A stretch of DNA of 58,682 nt, taken from contig CAINMN010000198.1 of the NCBI GenBank assembly GCA_903850735.1, forward strand, positions 1 to 58,682. Direction: 5' to 3'. The stretch's first letter is position 1. Each line of letters begins with the position of its first letter. Origin of the DNA: an uncultured Burkholderiales bacterium. GTDB lineage: Bacteria > Pseudomonadota > Gammaproteobacteria > Burkholderiales > Burkholderiaceae_C. The notes beneath the pieces were generated by a model. That model did not search any database. It saw only the letters and a list, made by a program, of their open reading frames with translations, and was not told the origin of the DNA. Shown one piece after another: positions 37,698 to 46,483 of the stretch. The translations under genes and the position numbers were made by a program.

Positions 37698-38894
37698 TCA
37701 GATCACTTTCTTGGTTTTGAATGCTTCGATGGCCTCGGCCGAATAACCGAGTTGCGACAAAATTGTCTGGTTGTCTTCGCCCGACTCTCTCTGGGAAAAG
37801 CTCACCGCAGAAGGGGTTCTGGACAATTTGAAGGGCTGCGCCACCACGCGAATATCGCCGCGGCGTGGATGCGTCAAGGGGACGGCTGCTTGCAATTGCG
37901 CAACTTGGGGGTCCTCAAAAACCTGCGCCATGTTGTAAATCGGGCCGCAGGGCACACCGGCCTCATTCAATGCGTGCACCCAATGCGCGGTGGGCTGCGT
38001 CGCAAAGACTTTGTTGAGCTCGGCATTAAGGAATTCGCGGTCCGCCAGACGGCCCGGGTTTTGTTGGTACCTGGGTTCGTCGCGCAAATCCAGCCGGCCC
38101 AAGACCTCGCACAGCGCGCGGTATTGATTTGTACCGGACGCGCCAATGTTGAAATAGCCATCGCTGGCTTGGTAGGTTCCCATGGGTGTGGCGAAGGGAT
38201 GGTCATTGCCTGCTTGCTCGGGCACCTCGCCATCGACCAGATAGCGCGCAGCCTGAAAATCGCACAAATGAATCATGGACTGCAACAAGTTGGCCTGAAC
38301 CCATTGCCCCTTGCCGGATGTTTCACGCTCCAGCAGGGCAATGAGCACACCGGTTGCGGCAAAGACGCCGGTCCCCGAGTCCGCAATGGCAATGCCTGCA
38401 CGCACGGGGCCTTGCCCAGGCATGCCCGTGACCGACATCATGCCGCCCATACCTTGTGCGATTTGGTCAAACCCCGGGCGCTTGCGGTAAGGCCCCTCTT
38501 CGCCAAAGCCTGAAATGCTGGCCAGCACGATGCGCGGGTTCACCGCGGCCAAGGTGTCGTAATCCAGCCCCAAGCGAAACTTCACATCGGGCCGGAAATT
38601 TTCAACCACCACATCGGATTGGGCCACCAATTTGTAGAAAATTTCTTTGGCTTGGGGCTCTTTCAAATTCAAGGTCAAGCTGCGCTTGTTGCGATGCAGG
38701 TTGAGCGCGTCGTAGCCATCGCGGTCACCGATGGACCCCTCATTGGGATCCACCCCTGGGGGTGACTCGATTCGAATGACTTCAGCCCCGAAATCGGCGA
38801 GGATGCGAACACAGGTAGGACCCGAGCGAACACGCGTCAGGTCCAAAACCTTGAATCGTTTCAGCGCCAGAGAATCCGATCTCAGGGGTTTCAT
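37698..38894 (-). CDS. CaiB/BaiF family III CoA-transferase
   Basis: VLDLTRVRSGP, NKRSLTLNLK, DVVVENFRP, GFDQIAQ. Confidence 0.93.
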   Translation of the reverse strand: MKPLRSDSLALKRFKVLDLTRVRSGPTCVRILADFGAEVIRIESPPGVDPNEGSIGDRDGYDALNLHRNKRSLTLNLKEPQAKEIFYKLVAQSDVVVENFRPDVKFRLGLDYDTLAAVNPRIVLASISGFGEEGPYRKRPGFDQIAQGMGGMMSVTGMPGQGPVRAGIAIADSGTGVFAATGVLIALLERETSGKGQWVQANLLQSMIHLCDFQAARYLVDGEVPEQAGNDHPFATPMGTYQASDGYFNIGASGTNQYRALCEVLGRLDLRDEPRYQQNPGRLADREFLNAELNKVFATQPTAHWVHALNEAGVPCGPIYNMAQVFEDPQVAQLQAAVPLTHPRRGDIRVVAQPFKLSRTPSAVSFSQRESGEDNQTILSQLGYSAEAIEAFKTKKVI

Positions 38895-39022
38895 GGGGTC
38901 TGTGTCCTCACAAGACAGACAGCATAAGCCAGCAAGCCGCCCGTCAGCGTCTGTCACAAACCCTAGGGTCGCAGGGGCGACAGACTCCTGGCTTGCGCTT
39001 CGGCCCTTGGCAAGCCAAGGGC

Positions 39023-39814
39023 TCAATTCACAAAGGCGTAGCCATCCATGGAAATCACACAGTCACTGATGCCGCGGTAGAAAGCCTGCGCGCGCGCGTC
39101 TGGGCCGGCGGCGCCGAGCGCCACAAACAAGGGCAGCAAGTGGTCCTCGCTGGGGTGGGCCCGACGGCCGTCGGCGCTCTGTTGGCGGTAGTTCAGCAAC
39201 TGGTTGTGCTGATGTGCGCTCAATTGGTCATACACCCAGTCCGCAAAAGCTTGAACATAGGCAGGTGTTTGCCCGCCCGTGGAAGCAGCCTGATGCCAAT
39301 CGCCCAGGTTGTGGGTGATGTTGCCGGAGGCCACCACCCAAATGCCTTGCGCTGTCAAAGACGACAAGGCCTGGCCGACACGGTAAGCATGCGCTGGGCC
39401 GGCATGGGTTTGCATGGACAAGGGGACGATGGGTACATCGGCATCGGGAAACATCTGGCGCAAGGGCTGCCAGGCGCCGTGGTCCAGGCCATGCTGGCTG
39501 TCCTGCGTCACGTCCAGCCCCGCGCAGCGCAGTGCGGCGACAACTTTGCCAGCGACTTCTGCCGAGCCCTTGGCAGGGTATTGAAGCGCATACAAGGCCT
39601 GTGGAAAGCCATAGAAATCATGGATGGTTTCAAGCTGCGTTGCGGCGCTGACCGTGGGCAGGTGGGTATCCCAATGCGGGCTGACCACCACAATGGCGCG
39701 CGGCGGGGACAACTTGTGAACCACCTCGGACATGGCAGTGCCTGCCGCACCGGGGTTCAACGCGAAGGTGGGGGCACCGTGCGGCACAAAAAGAACATTG
39801 CGAAAGCTTTGCAT
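39023..39814 (-). CDS. DOPA 4,5-dioxygenase-like extradiol dioxygenase (YgiD/LigB family)
   Basis: HGAP, SPHW, HDFYGFP, GLDHGAW, SGNITHNL, AHPSEDHLLPL. Confidence 0.92.
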   Translation of the reverse strand: MQSFRNVLFVPHGAPTFALNPGAAGTAMSEVVHKLSPPRAIVVVSPHWDTHLPTVSAATQLETIHDFYGFPQALYALQYPAKGSAEVAGKVVAALRCAGLDVTQDSQHGLDHGAWQPLRQMFPDADVPIVPLSMQTHAGPAHAYRVGQALSSLTAQGIWVVASGNITHNLGDWHQAASTGGQTPAYVQAFADWVYDQLSAHQHNQLLNYRQQSADGRRAHPSEDHLLPLFVALGAAGPDARAQAFYRGISDCVISMDGYAFVN

Positions 39815-39880
39815 GGTCCATCAGGTCACCGTGGTGCCTCATGTCAAAAGATTGGGGGGATTTTATGGCTTAGGGTGGAC

Positions 39881-39917
39881 CCCATCGACTGGCAAGTTCA
39901 CCTTACCAGTCGATGGG
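39881..39917 (-). other. Stem-loop spanning the SDR stop codon
   Basis: CCCATCGACTGG (39881-39892) / CCAGTCGATGGG (39906-39917), 12-bp perfect arms. Confidence 0.6.
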
Positions 39918-40610
39918 CTCACCCTTGTGGTCGACAAACGAAGCACCCGCCTTGGCTGGCAAAGTGCGCAGGGCCGACCACATGCCCGCGACGGATTCCT
40001 GAGGCTCCAGCAAATTGGGCAGTGAAGCGGTGAAACGCTTGGACAACTCAGAGCGCACCGTGCCTGGCTGCAGCGCGACGACGCGCAGCGCTGGATTTTT
40101 GCGCTGCAACTCGATCGCGGCCGTTTGCAAGTACATGTTGAGCGCAGCCTTGGCCGCACGGTAGCCATACCAGCCGCCTTTTTGGTTGTCAGAAATGCTG
40201 CCCACCCGGGCTGACAATTTGGCATAAATCGAGGGGCCGCTTGCCAACAAGGGCGAAAAGTGACGCAACGCCAAAAGGGGGCCGATGGCGTTAAGATGAA
40301 ATTGGCGCAACAAAACATCTTCCTGCACGCTGGCCAAAGACTTCTCTGGCCCCACGCCCTCCAGCGTCAACGCACCGGTGGCGTCGATGATCACGTCGAA
40401 GGGGCCCATGGCCTGGCATCTTTGGGCTTGCTGGCGGATGGTTTCTGCGTCCAACAAGTCAAAACCCTGCGCCGACCTGGAAATCGTCTCCACATGCGTG
40501 CAGTGCGCGTCAGCTTGAAAGGCCTGCACAAAGGCATGGCCGATGGCGCCCGTGGCACCCAAGACAAGGGCGCGGTAAGGCTTTTCAAACAAAGCGCCGG
40601 GCCTCGTCAC
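39903..40610 (-). CDS. Short-chain dehydrogenase, CsgA/C-factor-like
   Basis: GATGAIG, PEKSL, LSARVGSISDNQKGGWYGYRAAKAALN, LQPGTV. Confidence 0.92.
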   Translation of the reverse strand: MTRPGALFEKPYRALVLGATGAIGHAFVQAFQADAHCTHVETISRSAQGFDLLDAETIRQQAQRCQAMGPFDVIIDATGALTLEGVGPEKSLASVQEDVLLRQFHLNAIGPLLALRHFSPLLASGPSIYAKLSARVGSISDNQKGGWYGYRAAKAALNMYLQTAAIELQRKNPALRVVALQPGTVRSELSKRFTASLPNLLEPQESVAGMWSALRTLPAKAGASFVDHKGEPIDW

Positions 40611-40786
40611 GTCGTTCCATCGGCAGAAGCCTTAGGTTGGGCTGCGGGCTGCGCAGCCAGCGACACGGGCTCATCTGGCTTTTTGAAGCACATCTTCTCG
40701 CCGTCCCATTGTTGGCCACACCAGCACAGGCCCTCTGGGTTGATGATGCAGGTTCCTGTGCCACAGCATCTGGGGTCATCTGTCAT
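40607..40786 (-). CDS. Small Cys-rich hypothetical protein (59 aa)
   Basis: MTDDPRCCGTGTCIINPEGLCWCGQQWDGEKMCF...; GGAG RBS; stop overlaps the SDR start. Confidence 0.72.
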   Translation of the reverse strand: MTDDPRCCGTGTCIINPEGLCWCGQQWDGEKMCFKKPDEPVSLAAQPAAQPKASADGTT

Positions 40787-40809
40787 GCTTTTCTCCAAAA
40801 TCAGTCAAA

Positions 40810-41109
40810 TTAACAATTGGCCCGTCGATGGTCAGCCACCCGACGGTCGTCAAATTTCATTTCCGGGCTGCGCAATGCACGGTGCTTGGTCACACGCCCT
40901 CTCATTCTCTTGCGCCAGAGCTGGAAGGCGTTGGGGCTGAGCGCATGGCGCATGAGGCGAACGACATCGGACTCGGACAAGCCGACGCGATCCTGAAGGG
41001 TCTCGAAGGAAGTTCTGTCCTCCCAAGCCATCTGAATCACAGCCGACACATCCCCCGCAGACAGGCTTGCGAGCCGTTGGGAAAATTTAAGCGACTTCAC
41101 AAATATCAA
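40810..41109 (-). CDS. TIGR03643/DUF2805 family protein
   Basis: VIQMAWEDRTSFE...LSESDVVRLMR...FQLWRKRMRGRVTKH. Start uncertain. Confidence 0.88.
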   Translation of the reverse strand: MIFVKSLKFSQRLASLSAGDVSAVIQMAWEDRTSFETLQDRVGLSESDVVRLMRHALSPNAFQLWRKRMRGRVTKHRALRSPEMKFDDRRVADHRRANC

Positions 41110-41420
41110 TGATGCACCGTTTGAACGGCGGAATCCACGTTCATGACAATCACCCGGTCAGGCCGGGTGATCCGGCTGTAAACAATCTGGGATTTGCAAG
41201 CAAATGTGATTTGGGAATTTTGAGGGGCCGTGATTTCAACGTGGTCGAGGTAAACATTCATCAGGCTGAGCCGATCCACCGCGACACGTGCCACTATCCA
41301 TTCCAAAATGGGACCCAAGTGCGCGATGTCTTCCAAATCGTGGATCCACTGCCAGGCCTGTCCGCGCGGCACCCGACGGCCACGGCCGTCCTTGTTGTGG
41401 AGCATGTAGGAAAACTTCAT
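41106..41420 (-). CDS. Hypothetical protein (104 aa)
   Basis: ATG with GAGG RBS, tightly packed between the Rrf2 and TIGR03643 genes; no family recognised. Confidence 0.6.
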   Translation of the reverse strand: MKFSYMLHNKDGRGRRVPRGQAWQWIHDLEDIAHLGPILEWIVARVAVDRLSLMNVYLDHVEITAPQNSQITFACKSQIVYSRITRPDRVIVMNVDSAVQTVHH

Positions 41421-41424
41421 GGCC

Positions 41425-41919
41425 TCATTGAAACGACATGCCCAACTGAAACACCGAATTGGGTGCCTTGGGCGTCAAAGCCATGGGCAGTGGCTTGAAC
41501 TTGAATCGGCCCATGGTGTCTGCATAAGACTTGGACACGGAAGCCGAGAAATCTGCGAAATCGGACAACGTGAAACTTTTCAAGGTCTTGATGACCACCT
41601 GCTCCAGTTCCAGCACATAGGATTCATGCGTTGGGCCCTCAGCAGGCATTTCAGGGTCAAGCATGGTTTTCTCAAACACACACGCCACGTCCCAGACCGT
41701 GACCATGGCTGCGTCGCCACAGAGGGTGTAACCGCCCCCAGGGCCTTTCATGGACAGAACGATGTCGTTGTCCTTGAGGGGCTTGAGGATGTTCTCCAGG
41801 TAGGAGATGGACAAGTCAAGTCTCGGCGCCAGCTCTGCGGTGGTCAGGTAGTCCCCGGCCCTTTGGCTGGCAAGCAAGACGCACAACTCAATGGCGTTGA
41901 TGGTTTTTTTCGAAATCAT
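41425..41919 (-). CDS. Rrf2/IscR-like regulator lacking the canonical Cys triad
   Basis: LSISYLENIL...SMKGPGGGYTL winged HTH; C-terminal PNSVF as in betaproteobacterial IscR; no C-x5-C-x5-C. Confidence 0.88.
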   Translation of the reverse strand: MISKKTINAIELCVLLASQRAGDYLTTAELAPRLDLSISYLENILKPLKDNDIVLSMKGPGGGYTLCGDAAMVTVWDVACVFEKTMLDPEMPAEGPTHESYVLELEQVVIKTLKSFTLSDFADFSASVSKSYADTMGRFKFKPLPMALTPKAPNSVFQLGMSFQ

Positions 41920-41934
41920 GACTTCGTCCTTTAA

Positions 41935-42027
41935 TGAGTAGTATTTTGAGATATTTATCTACTCAAAAGTATTTTTCAATGGATTAAATCAATATTTCGT
42001 CATATTATCTACTCAATAACTACTCAA
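41935..42027. promoter_or_regulatory. AT-rich divergent promoter with repeated TACTCAA/TTGAG operator-like motifs
   Basis: TTTTGAG-N11-CTCAAAA inverted repeat (41944-41968); TTATCTACTCAA direct repeat at 41955 and 42005; further TACTCAA at 42021 and TGAGTA at 41935. Confidence 0.6.
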
Positions 42028-42039
42028 AACACCCATCTG

Positions 42040-43023
42040 ATGTCCACACCTCCACCGTCCGATCCACGCTTTCGCATTGGCGCGGTCTCCAAAACAACCG
42101 GCATTCCGGTTTCCACGCTCAGGATCTGGGAAACACGCTACGGCGCGTTCAACCCGGTCAAAACAGAAGGCAAGCAGCGGTTGTTTGACGAACACGATGT
42201 CTCCAAGGCCATCTTGTTGAAGCAACTCTCTGGCGAAGGCCACGCCATCAGTGCAATTGCCAACCTGGATTTGGCGCAGCTGCGCCGAATGAGCAACCTG
42301 CCACACAGTACGCCACACAAACTCGCAAAAAATGACGAACCCCTGTGCCTGGCCATCGTGGGTTTGGGCATCGCGAACCGCATTGAATCCAAAAAATTCA
42401 CGCTGGGCTTTCGACAAGTCAGCATCAAGGTCACGGATGTGCTGGCGGACTTGGAGACCGCGAAAACCGCACCGCTCTCCAAGCAATCCCAAGTGCTCTT
42501 GGTCAAGGTGAGCACCCTCCAGCCCTCTGTGCACGCCACCCTGCAGTCGATCATTCAAAAGCATAAGTTCGCACAGACCATCGTCATCTACAACTTTGCG
42601 CCCGAATCGGTGGTGCAAGCCATGAAGTTTTCGGGGCTGATGGTGAGGCGCGAGCCCATCTCGGACAGTGAACTGGCGGAACTCATTCAATCTGTTTTGT
42701 TTGTGGACACTGCCCGCGCCCAAGAGTTCGGAACCTCCGGCACGGTGATTTCAAGCCGCAAATACTCCGATGAAACTTTGACGCGGGTCGCAGGCATTTC
42801 CACCAATGTGCTGTGCGAGTGCCCAAGGCATGTGGCGGAGTTGATTGCGCAACTTGCCAGCTTTGAAGAGTACAGCCAGGAGTGCTTGAACCGAAACGCC
42901 GACGACGCCCATCTGCATGCCTACTTGCGCTCCATCTCGGGATCAGCCCGGTCTTTGTTTGAAAACGCTCTGGAAAAAATTGCGCAACACGAAGGCATCG
43001 ATTTGCGCGAAGGTACGCCATGA
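42040..43023 (+). CDS. MerR family (CarA/LitR-like HTH) regulator with C-terminal CECPRH domain
   Basis: FRIGAVSKTTGIPVSTLRIWETRYG...GKQRLF...GHAISAIA; C-terminal CECPRHVAELIAQLASFEEYSQEC...DAHLH. Confidence 0.88.
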   Translation: MSTPPPSDPRFRIGAVSKTTGIPVSTLRIWETRYGAFNPVKTEGKQRLFDEHDVSKAILLKQLSGEGHAISAIANLDLAQLRRMSNLPHSTPHKLAKNDEPLCLAIVGLGIANRIESKKFTLGFRQVSIKVTDVLADLETAKTAPLSKQSQVLLVKVSTLQPSVHATLQSIIQKHKFAQTIVIYNFAPESVVQAMKFSGLMVRREPISDSELAELIQSVLFVDTARAQEFGTSGTVISSRKYSDETLTRVAGISTNVLCECPRHVAELIAQLASFEEYSQECLNRNADDAHLHAYLRSISGSARSLFENALEKIAQHEGIDLREGTP

Positions 43024-43376
43024 ACTCAGAACCCTTGAATGTGCTCGGAACGCCGCTGGTTCCCTGCTCCTATGACCCGCTGACAGGCTTCTTCCGCGAC
43101 GGTTGCTGCAATACCGATGCACAGGATCAGGGAAGCCATGTGGTGTGCGCGAAGGTCACACAGGCTTTCTTAGATTTCTCGCTGAAGCAGGGCAATGACC
43201 TGGTCACCCCACGCCCGCAATACCGTTTTGCAGGCCTCAAGCCGGGCGACCGGTGGTGTTTGTGCGCCTTGCGCTGGAAGCAAGCCTATGAGGCGGGCGT
43301 GGCACCCAAAGTCATCCTTGAAAGCACGCATGCGCGCGCTTTGGACTACGTCACGCTGGAGCAACTGCAATCATGA
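43020..43376 (+). CDS. DUF2237 family protein
   Basis: NVLG, PLTGFFRDGCC, HVVCA, GNDLVTP, GLKPGDRWCLCALRW. Confidence 0.92.
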   Translation: MNSEPLNVLGTPLVPCSYDPLTGFFRDGCCNTDAQDQGSHVVCAKVTQAFLDFSLKQGNDLVTPRPQYRFAGLKPGDRWCLCALRWKQAYEAGVAPKVILESTHARALDYVTLEQLQS

Positions 43377-43777
43377 CGGCCCAAGCTTTTGTTGAACTTC
43401 GTGAGCTGGCACTGAACACACAGATCGGCACTTATGGGCCGATGGACACCCCGCCAGACACTCACCTCTTGGAGCTGACCCTGGGCATCGGCAGCCATCG
43501 GGTGCTCATTGCCAAAGATGAGATGGCGAATGTCTTTGACTATGACCCCTTGATGGCGGAGATTGACCGGCTTGCCGAAGTTGGGCACTACGAAACCCAA
43601 GAGCGTCTCATGACACGCATCGCCCAAGCGTGCGTGGCTTACCCAGACATCCTCTGTATCGACATCCGCCTGCGAAAAGCGCCCGTTCGCAGGGGCAATG
43701 GCGTCCTGGGCGTTCGTTTGTCGCTCGACGAGGCCGCCACCCAGGATCTGCGTCATTCATTGCAAAATCCAAGATAG
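43373..43777 (+). CDS. Dihydroneopterin aldolase-like (FolB fold)
   Basis: IG near the N-terminus, VFDYDP, HYETQERL, IRLRK; divergent, so activity is unproven. Confidence 0.7.
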   Translation: MTAQAFVELRELALNTQIGTYGPMDTPPDTHLLELTLGIGSHRVLIAKDEMANVFDYDPLMAEIDRLAEVGHYETQERLMTRIAQACVAYPDILCIDIRLRKAPVRRGNGVLGVRLSLDEAATQDLRHSLQNPR

Positions 43778-43792
43778 ACTGAATTTCCCAAA

Positions 43793-44533
43793 ATGCACGA
43801 ATTAACGCCTCACTACGCCCCACTTGCCACCCTGCCGGACCAGATGGCACAGCAGGGCTTCAGCGTGCTCGATGCTGCAAGCGTTGCGCAGTGGGCCGCT
43901 TGCTCACTGGATGAGTTGAACGCCCTGTGCGCCGACTGGAACGACATGCCGCACGACCAGCACTTAAAGGATGGCGGTCGCTACCGACGCCGACGGCACA
44001 GCAGTTTTGTTCATGAGAACGGCACATTGGCCCCAGTGCCGCACCGCGCCCACTGGCAATCGCTGGACTACAACGCACTGCATGGCGGTATGGCGCGTTG
44101 GTTTGAACCCATTTTGGACAGAACGCTTCATCAACCGGCCTGGCCCAAGCTGTTGTCTGCTTTGGCCACCACAGCGAATCAACTGCGCGGAATGAGCATC
44201 CGATGGTGCATCGAAGCGCACCAATTTCGCATCGACACGACAGACGGTATTGGCCGGCCCACACCAGAAGGCGCGCACCGCGATGGCGTGGATTTCGTTG
44301 CCGTGTTCGTGGTCGACCGAGAGAACATCAAAGGGGGCGAGACGCGCGTGTTCGACGCCCACGGGCCAAGAGGCGAGCGGTTCACCCTGACGCAAGCTTG
44401 GTCGTTGCTGTTGCTGGACGATGCGCGCGTGATTCACGAAAGCACGCCGATCCAGCCATTGGGCGCTCAAGGCCATCGTGACACGCTGGTGGTGACCTTG
44501 CGCGCCAACCATTTCCAAGACCCAGCTTCTTGA
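43793..44533 (+). CDS. 2OG-Fe(II) dioxygenase family protein
   Basis: DGGRYRRRRH, YNALHGG, EAHQFRI, PTPEGAHRDG (HxD), HESTP, RDTLV. Confidence 0.88.
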   Translation: MHELTPHYAPLATLPDQMAQQGFSVLDAASVAQWAACSLDELNALCADWNDMPHDQHLKDGGRYRRRRHSSFVHENGTLAPVPHRAHWQSLDYNALHGGMARWFEPILDRTLHQPAWPKLLSALATTANQLRGMSIRWCIEAHQFRIDTTDGIGRPTPEGAHRDGVDFVAVFVVDRENIKGGETRVFDAHGPRGERFTLTQAWSLLLLDDARVIHESTPIQPLGAQGHRDTLVVTLRANHFQDPAS

Positions 44534-44547
44534 AAATGTGTTTTGAA

Positions 44548-44588
44548 TGGCAGGGCGTGAGTGACTTGAACACTCGACCCAAGGATTA
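44548..44588 (-). repeat. Degenerate att-like copy of a tRNA(CAT) 3' half
   Basis: TGGCAGGGCGTGAGTGACTTGAACACTCGACCCAAGGATTA; two mismatches to the copy at 54237. Confidence 0.9.
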
Positions 44589-45245
44589 AGTTATACCCAG
44601 CACTTTCAAAGCCATTTGGTAAGAGTTTGCTGGTTGAGTCACATCGAAGTGCACAGTTTGCCAACCCGCTTGAATGGCGCCCACCACATTTCGGCTTTGA
44701 TCGTCTACAAAAACACAATCTTTGGGCAACACTTTTAGCGCATGACTGCACATCTCGTAAGCTCTCGGATCTGGCTTAAGAACTCCTGTGTGAGTCGCAT
44801 CAATGATGACATCAAAAAGTTGCAATAAAGGCAGCCGATCTCTAAAGCTGGCGCCATAAAACAGGTCCAACTCATTTGACAGCACGGCTAGCTTGCAACC
44901 GGCCGCTTTGGCTCGATGAACAGCGGCAATGGCCTCAGGCCGTATGACCGCATCAACATCAGCACCTCGAGCGCGCTGCACAAATGTCTGCATGTCTTTC
45001 CAGTCTTCGCCCAGCAATTTGCCCACGCTTTGAGTGCGCTCCATCCAGTATTCACGCTCGGTGATTTGATCTGCCTGCATAGCTTGCCATAAGGAATCAG
45101 TCTCTGGCGCAAACGGGCCACGCCAAGTCAAGGCTCCGGGTGGCAGACCCAAAGCGGCCTCACTCAAATGATGTGTTTCAAAAAGCGTACGACTGATGAC
45201 ACCGCCAAAGTCAAGCACCAAAGCCTTGGATGAAGGGATCGTCAT
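44586..45245 (-). CDS. HAD-IA family hydrolase
   Basis: LDFGGV, LSNE, LKPDPRAY, VFVDDQSRNV. Confidence 0.9.
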   Translation of the reverse strand: MTIPSSKALVLDFGGVISRTLFETHHLSEAALGLPPGALTWRGPFAPETDSLWQAMQADQITEREYWMERTQSVGKLLGEDWKDMQTFVQRARGADVDAVIRPEAIAAVHRAKAAGCKLAVLSNELDLFYGASFRDRLPLLQLFDVIIDATHTGVLKPDPRAYEMCSHALKVLPKDCVFVDDQSRNVVGAIQAGWQTVHFDVTQPANSYQMALKVLGIT

Positions 45246-46483
45246 TGTGCAACTTTTTGGATCAAGCCTCGGTCAACCCAATCATCAAATACAGCGAGCA
45301 CTTGCTGAACAAAGGGTGCGTCATTGATGTGTGACTGAATTCGAGAAACCTCTATGCCCTCAAGATTGCATTTGCCGAATTCATCCATCATGGCGGCCAA
45401 TCCCTCTGGGTCGTGCATCGGCGCCCCTGGGCGGTCCCACTCTTCGATACCCAACTCGGGCAAGACCAGATGCACTGGCCCTTTTGCCTGCCTTAGTCTG
45501 TTGACCAACGAATGCGCAAACTCTCTGCGCATGTTTTCGTCGATGCCCACAGATGCGATCAATCGATTGTGCTGATGCGATGGTCGTCCAGCAAATCGTC
45601 CGGGCATCTGTCCCCAGGCCGGGTAATCAACCAAATCTGTGGCGCCAGGCGCCACGATCATGGGGATACCCTTGCGACCTGCGCCCATGAGCCTTTCAGG
45701 CCCAGCGTTTACGACAGAACCACCCATCTGATTGACCACTTCTTGCAAGCTGAAATCCATCACGCATGCAAACTGCCCTCGAGCAGCCAAAGATTCAAAT
45801 GCACGACCGCCCATGCCTGTGGTGTGGAAAACGGCCAAGTCAAATCCGCGCTGAAGCAATTCGGGTTGAAGTTTTACCATGTATTTCAAGCAGCTTGAGC
45901 CCAAAGAAGTCATGCCAACCACGGGTCGCTCGAACCGAGGTACGCGCGCAACACGGCAAGCACCCACCACAGCGCCCGCGGCTTGTGCCAACGCAGATTG
46001 GCACAGGCTGTTGAGTCCATACAGGCCACCTGCCCACAACACCATCATCAAATCGGGGGGCATGCGATCAGGTGGCAAGAGAGGGGAAAACGCCACCGTC
46101 GACAACACCACCTTGGGTACACCCAATGGCAAACTGCTGGCCACATCAAGGGCTAAATCAGTGCCCATGGTGCCGCCTAACACCAGCAGACCGTCAATTC
46201 GACCTGCTTGTTGCAATTGCGCAGCCAGCTTGCTTGCGCCCAGCGCCATGAGGGCCATGGCGCTGTTCTCATCGCCACTTTCAATCACGTGCTGCAGGGT
46301 CACACCCGCGGCCTGTGCTACTTCAGCATTGGATATATCCGGCGCCACCTTACCTTTTGCCAACACCCCAACGTCCATGACCCGTGACTGTCCACCTGCA
46401 GCCAATACCTGCTCATGCAGGAAGCCTATCTCGTCGCTTTTGGTGTCTACCGTACCCACAATGAGGATGATCGGTTGCTTCAT
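45242..46483 (-). CDS. Tm-1-like ATP-binding domain protein (UPF0261)
   Basis: GTVDTKSDE, LPLGVPKVVLST, GLN, VFHTTGMGGRAFE, PGATD, HN, HINDAPF. Confidence 0.88.
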   Translation of the reverse strand: MKQPIILIVGTVDTKSDEIGFLHEQVLAAGGQSRVMDVGVLAKGKVAPDISNAEVAQAAGVTLQHVIESGDENSAMALMALGASKLAAQLQQAGRIDGLLVLGGTMGTDLALDVASSLPLGVPKVVLSTVAFSPLLPPDRMPPDLMMVLWAGGLYGLNSLCQSALAQAAGAVVGACRVARVPRFERPVVGMTSLGSSCLKYMVKLQPELLQRGFDLAVFHTTGMGGRAFESLAARGQFACVMDFSLQEVVNQMGGSVVNAGPERLMGAGRKGIPMIVAPGATDLVDYPAWGQMPGRFAGRPSHQHNRLIASVGIDENMRREFAHSLVNRLRQAKGPVHLVLPELGIEEWDRPGAPMHDPEGLAAMMDEFGKCNLEGIEVSRIQSHINDAPFVQQVLAVFDDWVDRGLIQKVAQ

